Sequence record: NC_054916.1
Source of the DNA: Escherichia phage vB_EcoM-G28
DNA length: 64,000 nt
Reading direction: 5' to 3' (one strand)
Position 1 is the stretch's first letter, and each line of letters starts with the position of its first letter. The notes beneath the pieces are model-generated. The model did not search any database, was not told the DNA's origin, and saw only the letters and a list, made by a program, of their open reading frames with translations. This document shows, in pieces, positions 12,498 to 22,165 of this stretch. The position numbers and the translations under genes were made by a program.

Positions 12498-13916
12498 TTA
12501 TGGATAGGTATAGATGATACCAGTTTCTAAAGCAGTTTTATGAATGATGTATCCATTACGCGATTCTTGAACATCAACTTCCGGATAGTCTTTCATCATC
12601 TTCTGAAGGGTGTAACGATGCAGGTAATATTTACTATCTGGATCGTCAGTTTTCCAATCTTTACCTTCTTCAGTCATTTTTTGGATTTCATCCATAACCC
12701 ACCAACCGCACCAGATGTAAGCTGAAGTACGGTGTGGAAGAGGATGAACATAAGGCAATTCACCTTCTGGTTCCGGAGCAACTTTATCAGTCACTTGAAC
12801 TTGACCTGTTGTTTTAACTGTTTTGCTATCATAATCAGTTGCTGCAACGACAGCAGTAACTTCAATAGTTTGACTTCCAACAGATGAGGTATCGACAGTA
12901 TATACGTTAGTTGACCCTTCTACAGGAGAAGAATCTTTCTTCCACGAGTAAGTAATTTGTGCTTCTTCTGGAGCATCCGTAACATTAGCAGTAAATGTAG
13001 CCGAAGCATCTTGCTGAACGTTAATAGAAGGAGGAGTCAATGTAACCTGTGGATTCATTGTCTTCTTATTAACTGTCAATGATACTTCATTAGAAGTAAC
13101 TTCCTTTTCATTGTAATTTTCTGCTGTTACTTGGGCTACGCATTTAATTCTTTTTACTCCACTTGTAGTTGGAGTATAGCTAAATGTAGAGCTAGTTTCT
13201 CCACCAACTTGTGAATCATCTACATACCACTGATACGTAGCAGATGCTCCATCAGGTTGAGAAGCTAAGGCAGCAGTAAATTGAACTGGGGTTCCAATTA
13301 CTCCAGCTGAAGGACTAGCAGGAGTTACTGCCAATGTAGTTGTCTGTGTCTTTTTATTAACAGTCAGTGATACTTCATTAGAAGTAACGGTTTTTTCATC
13401 ATAATTTGTCGCGGTTACTTGAGCTACACACTTGATTTTTTTAACTCCGCTTGCGGCAGGAGTGTAATTGAATGTAGCAGAAGTCGCTTCGTCTACAGGA
13501 GAACTGTCAACGTACCATTGATACGTAGCAGATGCACCTGATGGCTGCGAAGCTAAAGCAGCGGTAAATTTAACAGCTGTTCCAATTACTCCTGCTGGAG
13601 GACTATTGGGAGTTACGGCTAAGGTAGTCGTCTGAGTTTTGTTTTTGACTGTGATAGTTGTAGTAGCTTCTGCTGTTTCAGCATCAGTATCTGGAACTGT
13701 GTTTGTTGCAACTACTTTAATAGTCTTTTGACCGGCAGGTCCTTTTAGTACATAACTAAAAGTTGCTTCAGCTCCATCCTGTGGAACATCGTCTACAGTC
13801 CAAGCATAGGTAATAGTTCCACCTCCAGTTTCACCACTGGGTGTAGCAGTAAACTGCTGAGTCTGATCTATAACTCCAGTAGGTGTTTTAGGAGTTATAT
13901 CAACTGTAAAAGCCAT
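12498..13916 (-). CDS. hoc: Hoc (highly immunogenic outer capsid protein), extended to 472 aa
   Basis: Ig-like domain repeats plus C-terminal capsid-binding region; T4 Hoc is 376 aa as I recall. Confidence 0.85.
   Translation of the reverse strand: MAFTVDITPKTPTGVIDQTQQFTATPSGETGGGTITYAWTVDDVPQDGAEATFSYVLKGPAGQKTIKVVATNTVPDTDAETAEATTTITVKNKTQTTTLAVTPNSPPAGVIGTAVKFTAALASQPSGASATYQWYVDSSPVDEATSATFNYTPAASGVKKIKCVAQVTATNYDEKTVTSNEVSLTVNKKTQTTTLAVTPASPSAGVIGTPVQFTAALASQPDGASATYQWYVDDSQVGGETSSTFSYTPTTSGVKRIKCVAQVTAENYNEKEVTSNEVSLTVNKKTMNPQVTLTPPSINVQQDASATFTANVTDAPEEAQITYSWKKDSSPVEGSTNVYTVDTSSVGSQTIEVTAVVAATDYDSKTVKTTGQVQVTDKVAPEPEGELPYVHPLPHRTSAYIWCGWWVMDEIQKMTEEGKDWKTDDPDSKYYLHRYTLQKMMKDYPEVDVQESRNGYIIHKTALETGIIYTYP
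13064..13640 (-). repeat. Tandem, diverged duplication of a ~96-codon Ig-like domain inside hoc
   Basis: Two consecutive protein blocks KTQTTTLAVTP...SNEVSLTVNK are near-identical; the DNA copies are diverged. Confidence 0.75.
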
Positions 13917-13925
13917 AAGTTATCC

Positions 13926-14606
13926 TTATTTTAATGTTACGAAAGAAGAATTGCGTGTTTCACGAATTAAAACTGATCCGTCGCGATTAATGTAATAAAT
14001 TAAGCTAAACAAAGTTTGGTGTGCTGACGCGTGTTCAAAACTAGTTGGATGAGATTTCCAATCAGGAGTTTCAGCGATCCATTGATAAATCCACCAAGGA
14101 ACCGTACAGAATCCTGGATTTTTCCCCAATAATTGAAGATTCGGACTAAAGTTTTCCGGAAGAGTAAATACAGACGGCTTTTCAGATTCAATAATCTCAG
14201 CTACAGCTTGTTCAAACTTTTCTTCAACAAAAGGAGTGTCTTCAATCAAAACATCGGTATTTTCAGGAATTTTATCCGTTTCGACTACTTCAATTTTAAT
14301 ATCAGATTTAACCGGAGAATCAATCAGAAGTGCTGCTTCTGGATTAACTTCTTCATCGTCATATTTTAATCCCTCTGCAGCATCAGCAGCATTGATTAAG
14401 TCTTTAATAGATAACCCATCAGTCTCTGGCATAGGTTCACTAGCGAGCTTCTGGAGGGCTTCTTCAATATCAACAACGATATTATCAAAAGATTTATTCT
14501 TTTTGACCTTTATACCAAACTGTTCAGCGTATTCAGCTAATTTAGCTTTAGCTTCTTTATTATCATCAAGAGCCTTCAACTCTGCAATATAATCTTTATC
14601 TATCAT
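13926..14606 (-). CDS. inh: Inhibitor of prohead protease (Inh)
   Basis: 226 aa; position next to hoc as in T4. Confidence 0.8.
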   Translation of the reverse strand: MIDKDYIAELKALDDNKEAKAKLAEYAEQFGIKVKKNKSFDNIVVDIEEALQKLASEPMPETDGLSIKDLINAADAAEGLKYDDEEVNPEAALLIDSPVKSDIKIEVVETDKIPENTDVLIEDTPFVEEKFEQAVAEIIESEKPSVFTLPENFSPNLQLLGKNPGFCTVPWWIYQWIAETPDWKSHPTSFEHASAHQTLFSLIYYINRDGSVLIRETRNSSFVTLK

Positions 14607-14655
14607 AATATTTCCTCAGTATAAATATAGATATATTTATTACTCGGAAAATAGT

Positions 14656-15273
14656 ATGTACCACTTTGTATATGAAACAACAAATCTAATAAATGGTAAA
14701 AAGTATATAGGAAAACACTCTACTGATGACTTGAATGATGGTTACCTTGGTTCCGGTAAGGCAATTCAGCAGGCTATAAAGAAATATGGTGAAAACAATT
14801 TTTCTAGAACAATACTAAAAGAGTTTAAAACTTCCGAAGAAGCGTACATGTATGAAGAAGAAATTATAACTCCTGAAATAATAAAAAGCAAAAATTATTA
14901 TAATATGAAACCTGGTGGAATTGGTGGAATTGTTATGACTACAGAGGTTATAGCAAAGATGAAAGAATCTTCCGCTAAGAGATTTGAAAACTCACCGGGC
15001 ACGGTATTAGGTACAACTTGTTACACTAATGGAACTAAAAATATTTTTATTAAACCTGGAGAACTTGTTCCAGAAGGATTTGTAAAAGGGATGGTTCATC
15101 CTAATAGAAAGTCCAGAAAAGGATGTAAAGTCAAACCGACTACCACAGGAACTTTTTGGGTCAATAATGGTGCAATAAATAAATTAATACAACCAGACGG
15201 TATTATTCCCGACGGATTTATTAAAGGTCGTCTCATGAAAAGAGATTCTAAAGGCAAATTTAGTAAGGCATAA
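14656..15273 (+). CDS. segE: GIY-YIG homing endonuclease SegE
   Basis: 205 aa; N-terminal GIY-YIG motif (YHFVYET...KKYIGKH); position upstream of uvsW. Confidence 0.85.
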   Translation: MYHFVYETTNLINGKKYIGKHSTDDLNDGYLGSGKAIQQAIKKYGENNFSRTILKEFKTSEEAYMYEEEIITPEIIKSKNYYNMKPGGIGGIVMTTEVIAKMKESSAKRFENSPGTVLGTTCYTNGTKNIFIKPGELVPEGFVKGMVHPNRKSRKGCKVKPTTTGTFWVNNGAINKLIQPDGIIPDGFIKGRLMKRDSKGKFSKA

Positions 15274-15275
15274 TT

Positions 15276-16784
15276 ATGGATATTAAAGTACATTTTCACG
15301 ACTTCAGTCATGTACGCATCGATTGTGAAGAGAGCACGTTCCACGAATTAAGAGATTTCTTTTCGTTTGAGGCCGATGGATATAGATTTAACCCTCGCTT
15401 CAGATATGGCAACTGGGATGGACGAATCCGTCTTTTAGATTATAATCGTCTTCTTCCATTCGGCTTAGTCGGGCAAATTAAAAAGTTCTGTGATAACTTT
15501 GGCTATAAAGCCTGGATTGACCCACAAATTAACGAAAAAGAAGAATTATCAAGAAAAGATTTTGATGAATGGCTTTCTAAATTAGAAATCTATTCAGGAA
15601 ATAAAAGAATTGAACCACACTGGTATCAAAAAGATGCAGTGTTCGAAGGATTAGTTAATCGTCGTAGAATTCTTAATCTTCCAACATCTGCAGGTAAATC
15701 TTTAATTCAGGCTCTGCTTGCGCGATATTATTTGGAAAATTATGAAGGTAAAATTCTTATCATTGTTCCAACAACTGCTCTGACAACTCAGATGGCTGAT
15801 GACTTTGTTGATTATCGTTTATTCAGTCACGCAATGATAAAGAAAATTGGTGGCGGAGCATCAAAAGATGATAAATATAAAAATGATGCACCAGTCGTTG
15901 TTGGTACATGGCAAACTGTAGTAAAACAACCAAAAGAATGGTTCTCACAGTTTGGAATGATGATGAATGATGAATGCCATCTTGCTACAGGAAAAAGTAT
16001 TTCATCTATCATATCAGGTTTAAATAACTGCATGTTCAAATTTGGTCTATCTGGTTCATTACGTGACGGCAAAGCCAATATCATGCAGTATGTTGGAATG
16101 TTTGGCGAAATATTTAAGCCAGTAACGACTTCTAAGTTAATGGAAGATGGGCAAGTAACTGAGCTAAAAATTAATAGTATTTTTCTTCGTTATCCTGATG
16201 AGTTCACTACTAAATTAAAGGGAAAAACTTACCAAGAAGAAATAAAAATTATTACTGGGCTCAGTAAAAGAAATAAATGGATAGCTAAATTAGCTATTAA
16301 GCTTGCGCAAAAAGATGAAAACGCTTTTGTCATGTTTAAACATGTATCACATGGTAAAGCTATTTTCGATTTAATTAAAAATGAATACGATAAAGTTTAT
16401 TACGTATCAGGGGAAGTTGATACCGAAACCCGCAATATAATGAAAACCTTAGCTGAAAATGGCAAAGGAATAATTATAGTAGCTAGTTATGGTGTATTTT
16501 CTACTGGTATTTCAGTTAAAAATCTGCATCACGTTGTTTTAGCGCACGGTGTTAAATCAAAAATCATTGTATTACAAACAATCGGTCGTGTATTACGTAA
16601 GCATGGTTCTAAGACAATAGCAACAGTCTGGGATCTTATAGATGACGCGGGCGTAGTTTCTAAATCAAAAACATCTTCTAAAAAATACTCGCATTTAAAC
16701 TATCTTTTAAAACATGGACTTGATCGTATTCAGCGTTATGCTGATGAAAAGTTTAATTATGTGATGAAAGAGGTTAAACTTTGA
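15276..16784 (+). CDS. uvsW: UvsW DNA/RNA helicase
   Basis: 502 aa; size and position as T4 UvsW. Confidence 0.9.
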   Translation: MDIKVHFHDFSHVRIDCEESTFHELRDFFSFEADGYRFNPRFRYGNWDGRIRLLDYNRLLPFGLVGQIKKFCDNFGYKAWIDPQINEKEELSRKDFDEWLSKLEIYSGNKRIEPHWYQKDAVFEGLVNRRRILNLPTSAGKSLIQALLARYYLENYEGKILIIVPTTALTTQMADDFVDYRLFSHAMIKKIGGGASKDDKYKNDAPVVVGTWQTVVKQPKEWFSQFGMMMNDECHLATGKSISSIISGLNNCMFKFGLSGSLRDGKANIMQYVGMFGEIFKPVTTSKLMEDGQVTELKINSIFLRYPDEFTTKLKGKTYQEEIKIITGLSKRNKWIAKLAIKLAQKDENAFVMFKHVSHGKAIFDLIKNEYDKVYYVSGEVDTETRNIMKTLAENGKGIIIVASYGVFSTGISVKNLHHVVLAHGVKSKIIVLQTIGRVLRKHGSKTIATVWDLIDDAGVVSKSKTSSKKYSHLNYLLKHGLDRIQRYADEKFNYVMKEVKL

Positions 16785-17473
16785 ATTATAAATTAATATA
16801 TGATAATTTAATTAATAGAGCCCAGAATCGGGCTCGCCTTAATGGATACACTGAAACACATCATATAATTCCTAGATGTATGGGTGGTACAAATGATAAG
16901 TGTAATTTAGTAGAACTAACGGCTGAAGAACATTTTATAGCCCATAAACTTTTAGCTAAAATTCATCCAAACCATTACGGTATAATTAAAGCTGTTATAT
17001 GTATGGGGATGAATTCAAATACTCATGAAAGACACGTCAATAAATCTTACGCATGGGAACGTCGTAAAATGGCAGAACTTCAATCCGGCGAAGGTAATCC
17101 ATTTTACGGAAAACACCATACGGAAGAACATAAACAATATATGTCAAAACTCATGAAAAGTCGTCCAATTACATGGGGAAATAAAATTAGTAAAACTAAA
17201 AGAATGAACCCAACGAAATGGACTGAAGAAGCTAAAAGATTACATTCAATCAATCAATCGGGTAAAAATAACGGCATGTATGGAAGGAAACATTCCGCTA
17301 AATCTATTCAGAAAATTAAAGATAACATGCCAGATAATTCAGGAGCTAATAACCCAGCTGCTAAACCTATAGAAGTAAATGGTGTTAAGTATAAATGTAT
17401 GAAAGATGCTTCTAAAGCTACTGGATTATCAATGTACAAACTAAGAATACTTAGAAAAACAGTTAATTTATAA
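16781..17473 (+). CDS. HNH-family free-standing homing endonuclease (MobE paralog), TTG start overlapping the uvsW stop
   Basis: 230 aa; N-terminus ETHHIIPRCMGG...N...EH is an HNH motif and aligns residue-for-residue with the ORF at 45047..45778; first codon is TTG. Confidence 0.75.
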   Translation: MNYKLIYDNLINRAQNRARLNGYTETHHIIPRCMGGTNDKCNLVELTAEEHFIAHKLLAKIHPNHYGIIKAVICMGMNSNTHERHVNKSYAWERRKMAELQSGEGNPFYGKHHTEEHKQYMSKLMKSRPITWGNKISKTKRMNPTKWTEEAKRLHSINQSGKNNGMYGRKHSAKSIQKIKDNMPDNSGANNPAAKPIEVNGVKYKCMKDASKATGLSMYKLRILRKTVNL

Positions 17474-17478
17474 GGGCT
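17467..17478 (+). terminator. Stem-loop (UUCG loop) after the HNH gene
   Basis: gggc-ttcg-gccc. Confidence 0.4.
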
Positions 17479-17486
17479 TCGGCCCT

Positions 17487-17732
17487 TTGGAGAAAAAGAT
17501 GTTACTAGAATTTAAACAATTTCTTTATGAAGCTTCTATTGATGAATTTATGGGTAAAATTGCCTCTTGTCAAACATTAGAAGGTTTAGAAGAACTTGAA
17601 GCTTATTATAAGAAAAGAGTCAAAGAAACTGAATTAAAAGACACTGATGACATCTCTGTGAGAGATGCTTTGGCAGGAAAAAGAGCTGAATTAGAAGATT
17701 CAGACGATGATGAAGTAGAAGAAAGCTTTTAA
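17487..17732 (+). CDS. uvsW.1: Small acidic helical protein (UvsW.1-like)
   Basis: 81-aa ORF downstream of uvsW; synteny. Confidence 0.6.
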   Translation: MEKKMLLEFKQFLYEASIDEFMGKIASCQTLEGLEELEAYYKKRVKETELKDTDDISVRDALAGKRAELEDSDDDEVEESF

Positions 17733-17787
17733 ATTAAAAAAGGCCCAACCGAAAAGGAAGGGCCAAAACTATAGACTAAAGGTCACA

Positions 17788-17955
17788 CTATAGCAAAAGT
17801 TGTGTTTCATTTAATTGTTCTTCCGAACTTTCTGAAACTGGTAGTTCTTTAATGTAATTATAGCAAGGCCCAGGATGTACAGGACCTTTGTCTGTTTCAA
17901 CAACCAATGCAGAATCGATTGGAGTTTTACAGACAACACAAATCTTATCTGACAT
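17788..17955 (-). CDS. 55-aa Cys-containing small protein (T4 uvsY.-2 position), not in the ORF track
   Basis: ATG preceded by GAGGAG; translation MSDKICVVCKTPIDSALVVETDKGPVHPGPCYNY... has CxxC...C spacing; below the 60-aa track cutoff. Confidence 0.55.
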   Translation of the reverse strand: MSDKICVVCKTPIDSALVVETDKGPVHPGPCYNYIKELPVSESSEEQLNETQLLL

Positions 17956-17983
17956 GATTGTCTCCTCTGAATTATATATCTAT

Positions 17984-18208
17984 TTATACAACTCTCATAT
18001 GCATATCAATGCCCATATCTTTAGAATAAAAATATTCATCAAGATATCCAGCAAATTTTCCTTTAATATAAAGGACATCTTCACCACATGGATGGTCGGC
18101 CAGGATACGAATATCCTGACGCTTAAGATTATACTTTTTCATTAAGAATTGAATTTCCGTTTCAAATTCTTCTTCATAATTAAAAGCATCATCAATGTTA
18201 TATCTCAT
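17984..18208 (-). CDS. Hypothetical protein (T4 uvsY.-1 position)
   Basis: 74-aa ORF immediately downstream of uvsY. Confidence 0.6.
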   Translation of the reverse strand: MRYNIDDAFNYEEEFETEIQFLMKKYNLKRQDIRILADHPCGEDVLYIKGKFAGYLDEYFYSKDMGIDMHMRVV

Positions 18209-18621
18209 TATTTTCCAGCCTCAAATGCCCGCATGTCTTGAATATGCTTAATAGCAAATCCACGTGATTTAATAGCATCAAGAGCTCCGCTACAGAAATC
18301 CAATAAAATCCCCCAATACTGTAACGATGTATCAACCTTTAAAACATCCTTATCAGCTGATAGAACTGTCTTCATTTCTGATTTCTCGTAACGATCCATA
18401 CTAAATTCATCACCATCTCCTCGTCCCGAGTAGTAGTCTAATTTAGCTTTAAGAGCAACTTTTTTCTGTGCTTCAATTCTAAGCATTTCCTTTTTAATAC
18501 TTGAATGCTTATTAAGCCATTTACTATATAACATCACATTATTAGCTGCTTCATACTGTAATTTAGTCGAATCTATAAACACATCTTTCTTCAATTCTTC
18601 TTGAAGATCTTCTAATCTCAT
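18208..18621 (-). CDS. uvsY: UvsY recombination mediator
   Basis: 137 aa; size and position as T4 UvsY. Confidence 0.9.
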   Translation of the reverse strand: MRLEDLQEELKKDVFIDSTKLQYEAANNVMLYSKWLNKHSSIKKEMLRIEAQKKVALKAKLDYYSGRGDGDEFSMDRYEKSEMKTVLSADKDVLKVDTSLQYWGILLDFCSGALDAIKSRGFAIKHIQDMRAFEAGK

Positions 18622-18662
18622 ATTGTTCTCTATTCAATTGTTATTGGATGGACTTAGATTCA

Positions 18663-18688
18663 TTATACCACGTTTATACGTGAAGCAT
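18663..18688 (-). promoter_or_regulatory. T4 middle-mode promoter (MotA box plus -10) for uvsY
   Basis: Minus strand reads ATGCTTCA (MotA box), 13 nt, then TATAAT. Confidence 0.5.
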
Positions 18689-19086
18689 TATACTCTGTTA
18701 CTGGAAGCCAGTTGTAGTTTTATCTGCTCAATATCATCAGGATTATCGATGACCGAAAAGCGTATTTCTACTATCAGAGTATAATCATCATAAACTGGTA
18801 TTACATTAACTGCTAATTTATCAATACGTGGCTCATAGTTTCTTACTGCGCTTTCGATGTTACGCTCAACAGTATCAGCAGTAAGAGGAGTCATATTCTC
18901 AAAAAGTTGATCAGATAAATCGCATCCAAATTCTGGGTCAAACGGTCTCGACCCTTTTCTGGTTGTGATAATTCCCAAAAGGCTATTTTTAATTGACCTT
19001 AATCCAAGAGATCTAGAAACATCTTTGTCCCAATCCATTTTCATTTCTGGGTCAATGTCAGAATAAAGCTTATTAATATTTGCCAT
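18688..19086 (-). CDS. 25: Baseplate wedge protein gp25
   Basis: 132 aa; synteny. Confidence 0.85.
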   Translation of the reverse strand: MANINKLYSDIDPEMKMDWDKDVSRSLGLRSIKNSLLGIITTRKGSRPFDPEFGCDLSDQLFENMTPLTADTVERNIESAVRNYEPRIDKLAVNVIPVYDDYTLIVEIRFSVIDNPDDIEQIKLQLASSNRV

Positions 19087-19712
19087 TACAATAGCTCAAA
19101 GAATTCTTTGAGTCCTCTTATTACATGAGCGTGAGATTTTCCACACTCTGGACACTTAATTGGAACAGCCAAATAAACAGTAGGCTTTAAAAGCATATCT
19201 TTTATAGCTACAATATCTGACTCTGTGATGATAGAATATAAATCTTCCAGTTCTTTTTCATTTAAGTCTTCAATTGGAATGCTTTCCCCGTTAGCATGAA
19301 TCGTTTCTATGCATGATACTATCATGTGGGCTATATTTTTATCATCAAAAATTTTAGGGTAATGGAACTTAATTTTAATGTCACCCAGTGTATACCAGAG
19401 GTCTTCTGGTGCATCTATTTGTGTATGTAATAGATTTATATGGGTTGGTATTTCAGTTCCGCAGGTGCACTTCCAGGAGTTTTCGTGATTAACTTCGCCA
19501 AGAGAATGTGCCCATAAATGAATCAACAATAGTTCTGATTCTTGACGATTTAAATCTTTTGCATTTGTGCAGTCTTTGATTAGCTTTTTAACAATTACTT
19601 CTACGGAACCATTATTTTTGGCAGTAATAAGTTCTAGATATTCTTTAAGAGTAAATGCACGACAGTTGATTATTTTAGAACCAACTCTCACGTCAAATTT
19701 GTATTCATACAT
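19086..19712 (-). CDS. 26: Baseplate hub protein gp26
   Basis: 208 aa; synteny. Confidence 0.85.
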   Translation of the reverse strand: MYEYKFDVRVGSKIINCRAFTLKEYLELITAKNNGSVEVIVKKLIKDCTNAKDLNRQESELLLIHLWAHSLGEVNHENSWKCTCGTEIPTHINLLHTQIDAPEDLWYTLGDIKIKFHYPKIFDDKNIAHMIVSCIETIHANGESIPIEDLNEKELEDLYSIITESDIVAIKDMLLKPTVYLAVPIKCPECGKSHAHVIRGLKEFFELL

Positions 19713-19737
19713 ATTTAGCTCCTTTATTTATCATATT

Positions 19738-19745
19738 TATAAATA
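19738..19745 (+). promoter_or_regulatory. T4-type late promoter for gene 51, in the divergent 26/51 control region
   Basis: Exact TATAAATA 18 nt upstream of the ATG. Confidence 0.55.
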
Positions 19746-19762
19746 GAATAAAAGGAGCATCT

Positions 19763-20512
19763 ATGGCAAACATTATTCGTTGTAAATTACCAGATGGTGT
19801 TCATCGTTTTAAACCATTTACGGTAGAAGATTATCGAGATTTTTTGTTAGTTCGAAACGATATAGAACATCGGTCACCACAAGAACAAAAAGAAATAATT
19901 GCTGATTTAATTGCCGATTATTTTGGAGACTATCCGAAGACTTGGCAACCATTTATATTTTTGCAGGTATTTGTAGGGTCAATAGGTAAAACTAAAGTAC
20001 CGGTCACATTTGTATGTCCAAAATGTAAAAAAGAAAAGACGGTTCCATTTGAAATATATCAAAAAGAATTAAAGGAACCTGTTTTTGATGTAGCTAATGT
20101 TAAAATTAAATTAAAGTTTCCTTCTGAGTTTTATGAAAATAAAGCAAAGATGATTACTGAAAATATTCATTCTGTTCAAGTAGATGAAACATGGTATGAT
20201 TGGAAGGAAATTAGTGAATCAAGTCAAATAGAACTTGTTGATGCCATCGAGATAGAAACATTAGAAAAAATTCTCGATGCATTGAATCCTATTAATTTAA
20301 CGCTACATATGTCCTGCTGTGATAAGTATGTAAAAAAATACACTGATATAGTAGATGTGTTTAAGCTATTAGTTAACCCAGATGAGATATTTACTTTTTA
20401 TCAAATTAATCACACACTCGTAAAAAGTAATTATAGTTTAAATTCAATAATGAAAATGATTCCTGCCGAGCGCGGATTCGTATTAAAACTGATTGAGAAG
20501 GATAAACAATAA
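19763..20512 (+). CDS. 51: Baseplate hub assembly protein gp51
   Basis: 249 aa; synteny. Confidence 0.85.
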   Translation: MANIIRCKLPDGVHRFKPFTVEDYRDFLLVRNDIEHRSPQEQKEIIADLIADYFGDYPKTWQPFIFLQVFVGSIGKTKVPVTFVCPKCKKEKTVPFEIYQKELKEPVFDVANVKIKLKFPSEFYENKAKMITENIHSVQVDETWYDWKEISESSQIELVDAIEIETLEKILDALNPINLTLHMSCCDKYVKKYTDIVDVFKLLVNPDEIFTFYQINHTLVKSNYSLNSIMKMIPAERGFVLKLIEKDKQ

Positions 20513-21687
20513 TGAGTATGTTGCAACGCCCAGGATATCCAAATCTCAGCGTTAAATTATTTGATAGCTACGACGCTTGGAGTAATAATAGATTTGTTGA
20601 ATTAGCTGCTACTATTACCACATTAACTATGCGGGATTCTCTTTATGGCCGAAATGAAGGAATGCTGCAGTTTTATGATTCTAAAAACATCCATACAAAA
20701 ATGGATGGAAATGAAATAATTCAGATTTCTGTAGCTAATGCAAACGATATTAATAATGTTAAAACAAGAATTTATGGATGTAAGCATTTTTCCGTGTCAG
20801 TAGATTCAAAAGGTGATAACATCATTGCTATTGAATTGGGAACTATTCATTCTATAGAAAATCTTAAATTTGGCAGACCGTTTTTTCCTGATGCAGGTGA
20901 ATCTATAAAGGAAATGCTTGGCGTCATTTATCAAGACCGTACGCTATTGACTCCAGCAATAAATGCTATAAATGCTTATGTTCCTGATATTCCGTGGACT
21001 AGTACATTTGAAAACTATTTGTCATATGTCAGAGAAGTTGCTCTAGCTGTAGGAAGTGACAAATTTGTATTTGTGTGGCAAGACATCATGGGAGTTAACA
21101 TGATGGACTATGATATGATGATAAATCAAGAACCATATCCAATGATTGTCGGTGAGCCATCTTTAATAGGTCAATTCATCCAAGAATTAAAATATCCATT
21201 AGCGTATGATTTCGTTTGGTTGACTAAATCGAATCCCCACAAACGTGACCCAATGAAAAACGCTACTATCTACGCTCATTCATTTTTAGATTCTTCATTG
21301 CCAATGATTACTACAGGAAAAGGCGAAAACTCTATTGTAGTGTCAAGGTCAGGTGCTTATTCTGAAATGACTTATAGGAATGGATATGAAGAAGCTATTC
21401 GTCTTCAAACTATGGCACAATACGATGGCTATGCTAAATGTTCTACTGTCGGTAATTTTAACTTGACTCCTGGCGTTAAAATTATTTTTAATGATAGTAA
21501 AAACCAATTTAAAACAGAATTTTACGTTGATGAAGTTATTCATGAATTATCCAATAATAATTCAGTAACTCATCTATATATGTTCACTAATGCAACGAAA
21601 CTGGAAACAATAGACCCAGTTAAGGTTAAAAATGAATTTAAATCTGATACTACCACTGAAGAAAGTAGTTCTTCCAATAAGCAATAA
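20512..21687 (+). CDS. 27: Baseplate hub protein gp27
   Basis: 391 aa; synteny. Confidence 0.9.
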   Translation: MSMLQRPGYPNLSVKLFDSYDAWSNNRFVELAATITTLTMRDSLYGRNEGMLQFYDSKNIHTKMDGNEIIQISVANANDINNVKTRIYGCKHFSVSVDSKGDNIIAIELGTIHSIENLKFGRPFFPDAGESIKEMLGVIYQDRTLLTPAINAINAYVPDIPWTSTFENYLSYVREVALAVGSDKFVFVWQDIMGVNMMDYDMMINQEPYPMIVGEPSLIGQFIQELKYPLAYDFVWLTKSNPHKRDPMKNATIYAHSFLDSSLPMITTGKGENSIVVSRSGAYSEMTYRNGYEEAIRLQTMAQYDGYAKCSTVGNFNLTPGVKIIFNDSKNQFKTEFYVDEVIHELSNNNSVTHLYMFTNATKLETIDPVKVKNEFKSDTTTEESSSSNKQ

Positions 21688-22165
21688 AGAAGTTTCTATT
21701 CCTAAAATGGGTCTTAAACATTATAACATTTTGAAAGATGTTAAAGGTCCTGATGAAAATTTAAAACTTCTTATTGATTCTATTTGTCCGAATTTATCAC
21801 CGGCAGAAGTTGATTTCGTTTCTATTCATTTATTGGAATTTAATGGAAAGATTAAATCTCGCAAAGAAATAGATGGCTATACTTATGACATTAATGATGT
21901 TTACGTGTGTCAAAGATTAGAATTTCAATACCAAGGAAATACATTTTATTTTAGACCTCCTGGAAAATTTGAACAATTTTTAACTGTGAGCGATATGTTA
22001 TCTAAATGCTTGCTTAAGGTCAATGATGAAGTTAAAGAAATTAATTTTCTTGAGATGCCAGCATTCGTTTTAAAATGGGCAAATGATATTTTTACAACTT
22101 TAGCAATTCCTGGCCCTAATGGTCCAATAACTGGAATTGGCAATATTATTGGATTATTTGAATGA
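21632..22165 (+). CDS. 28: Baseplate hub distal protein gp28
   Basis: 177 aa; overlaps the end of gene 27. Confidence 0.75.
   Translation: MNLNLILPLKKVVLPISNKEVSIPKMGLKHYNILKDVKGPDENLKLLIDSICPNLSPAEVDFVSIHLLEFNGKIKSRKEIDGYTYDINDVYVCQRLEFQYQGNTFYFRPPGKFEQFLTVSDMLSKCLLKVNDEVKEINFLEMPAFVLKWANDIFTTLAIPGPNGPITGIGNIIGLFE

Noticed and set aside
17888-18145. 85-aa plus-strand ORF
   Set aside because: Antisense to the uvsY.-1/uvsY.-2 position genes; low-complexity translation
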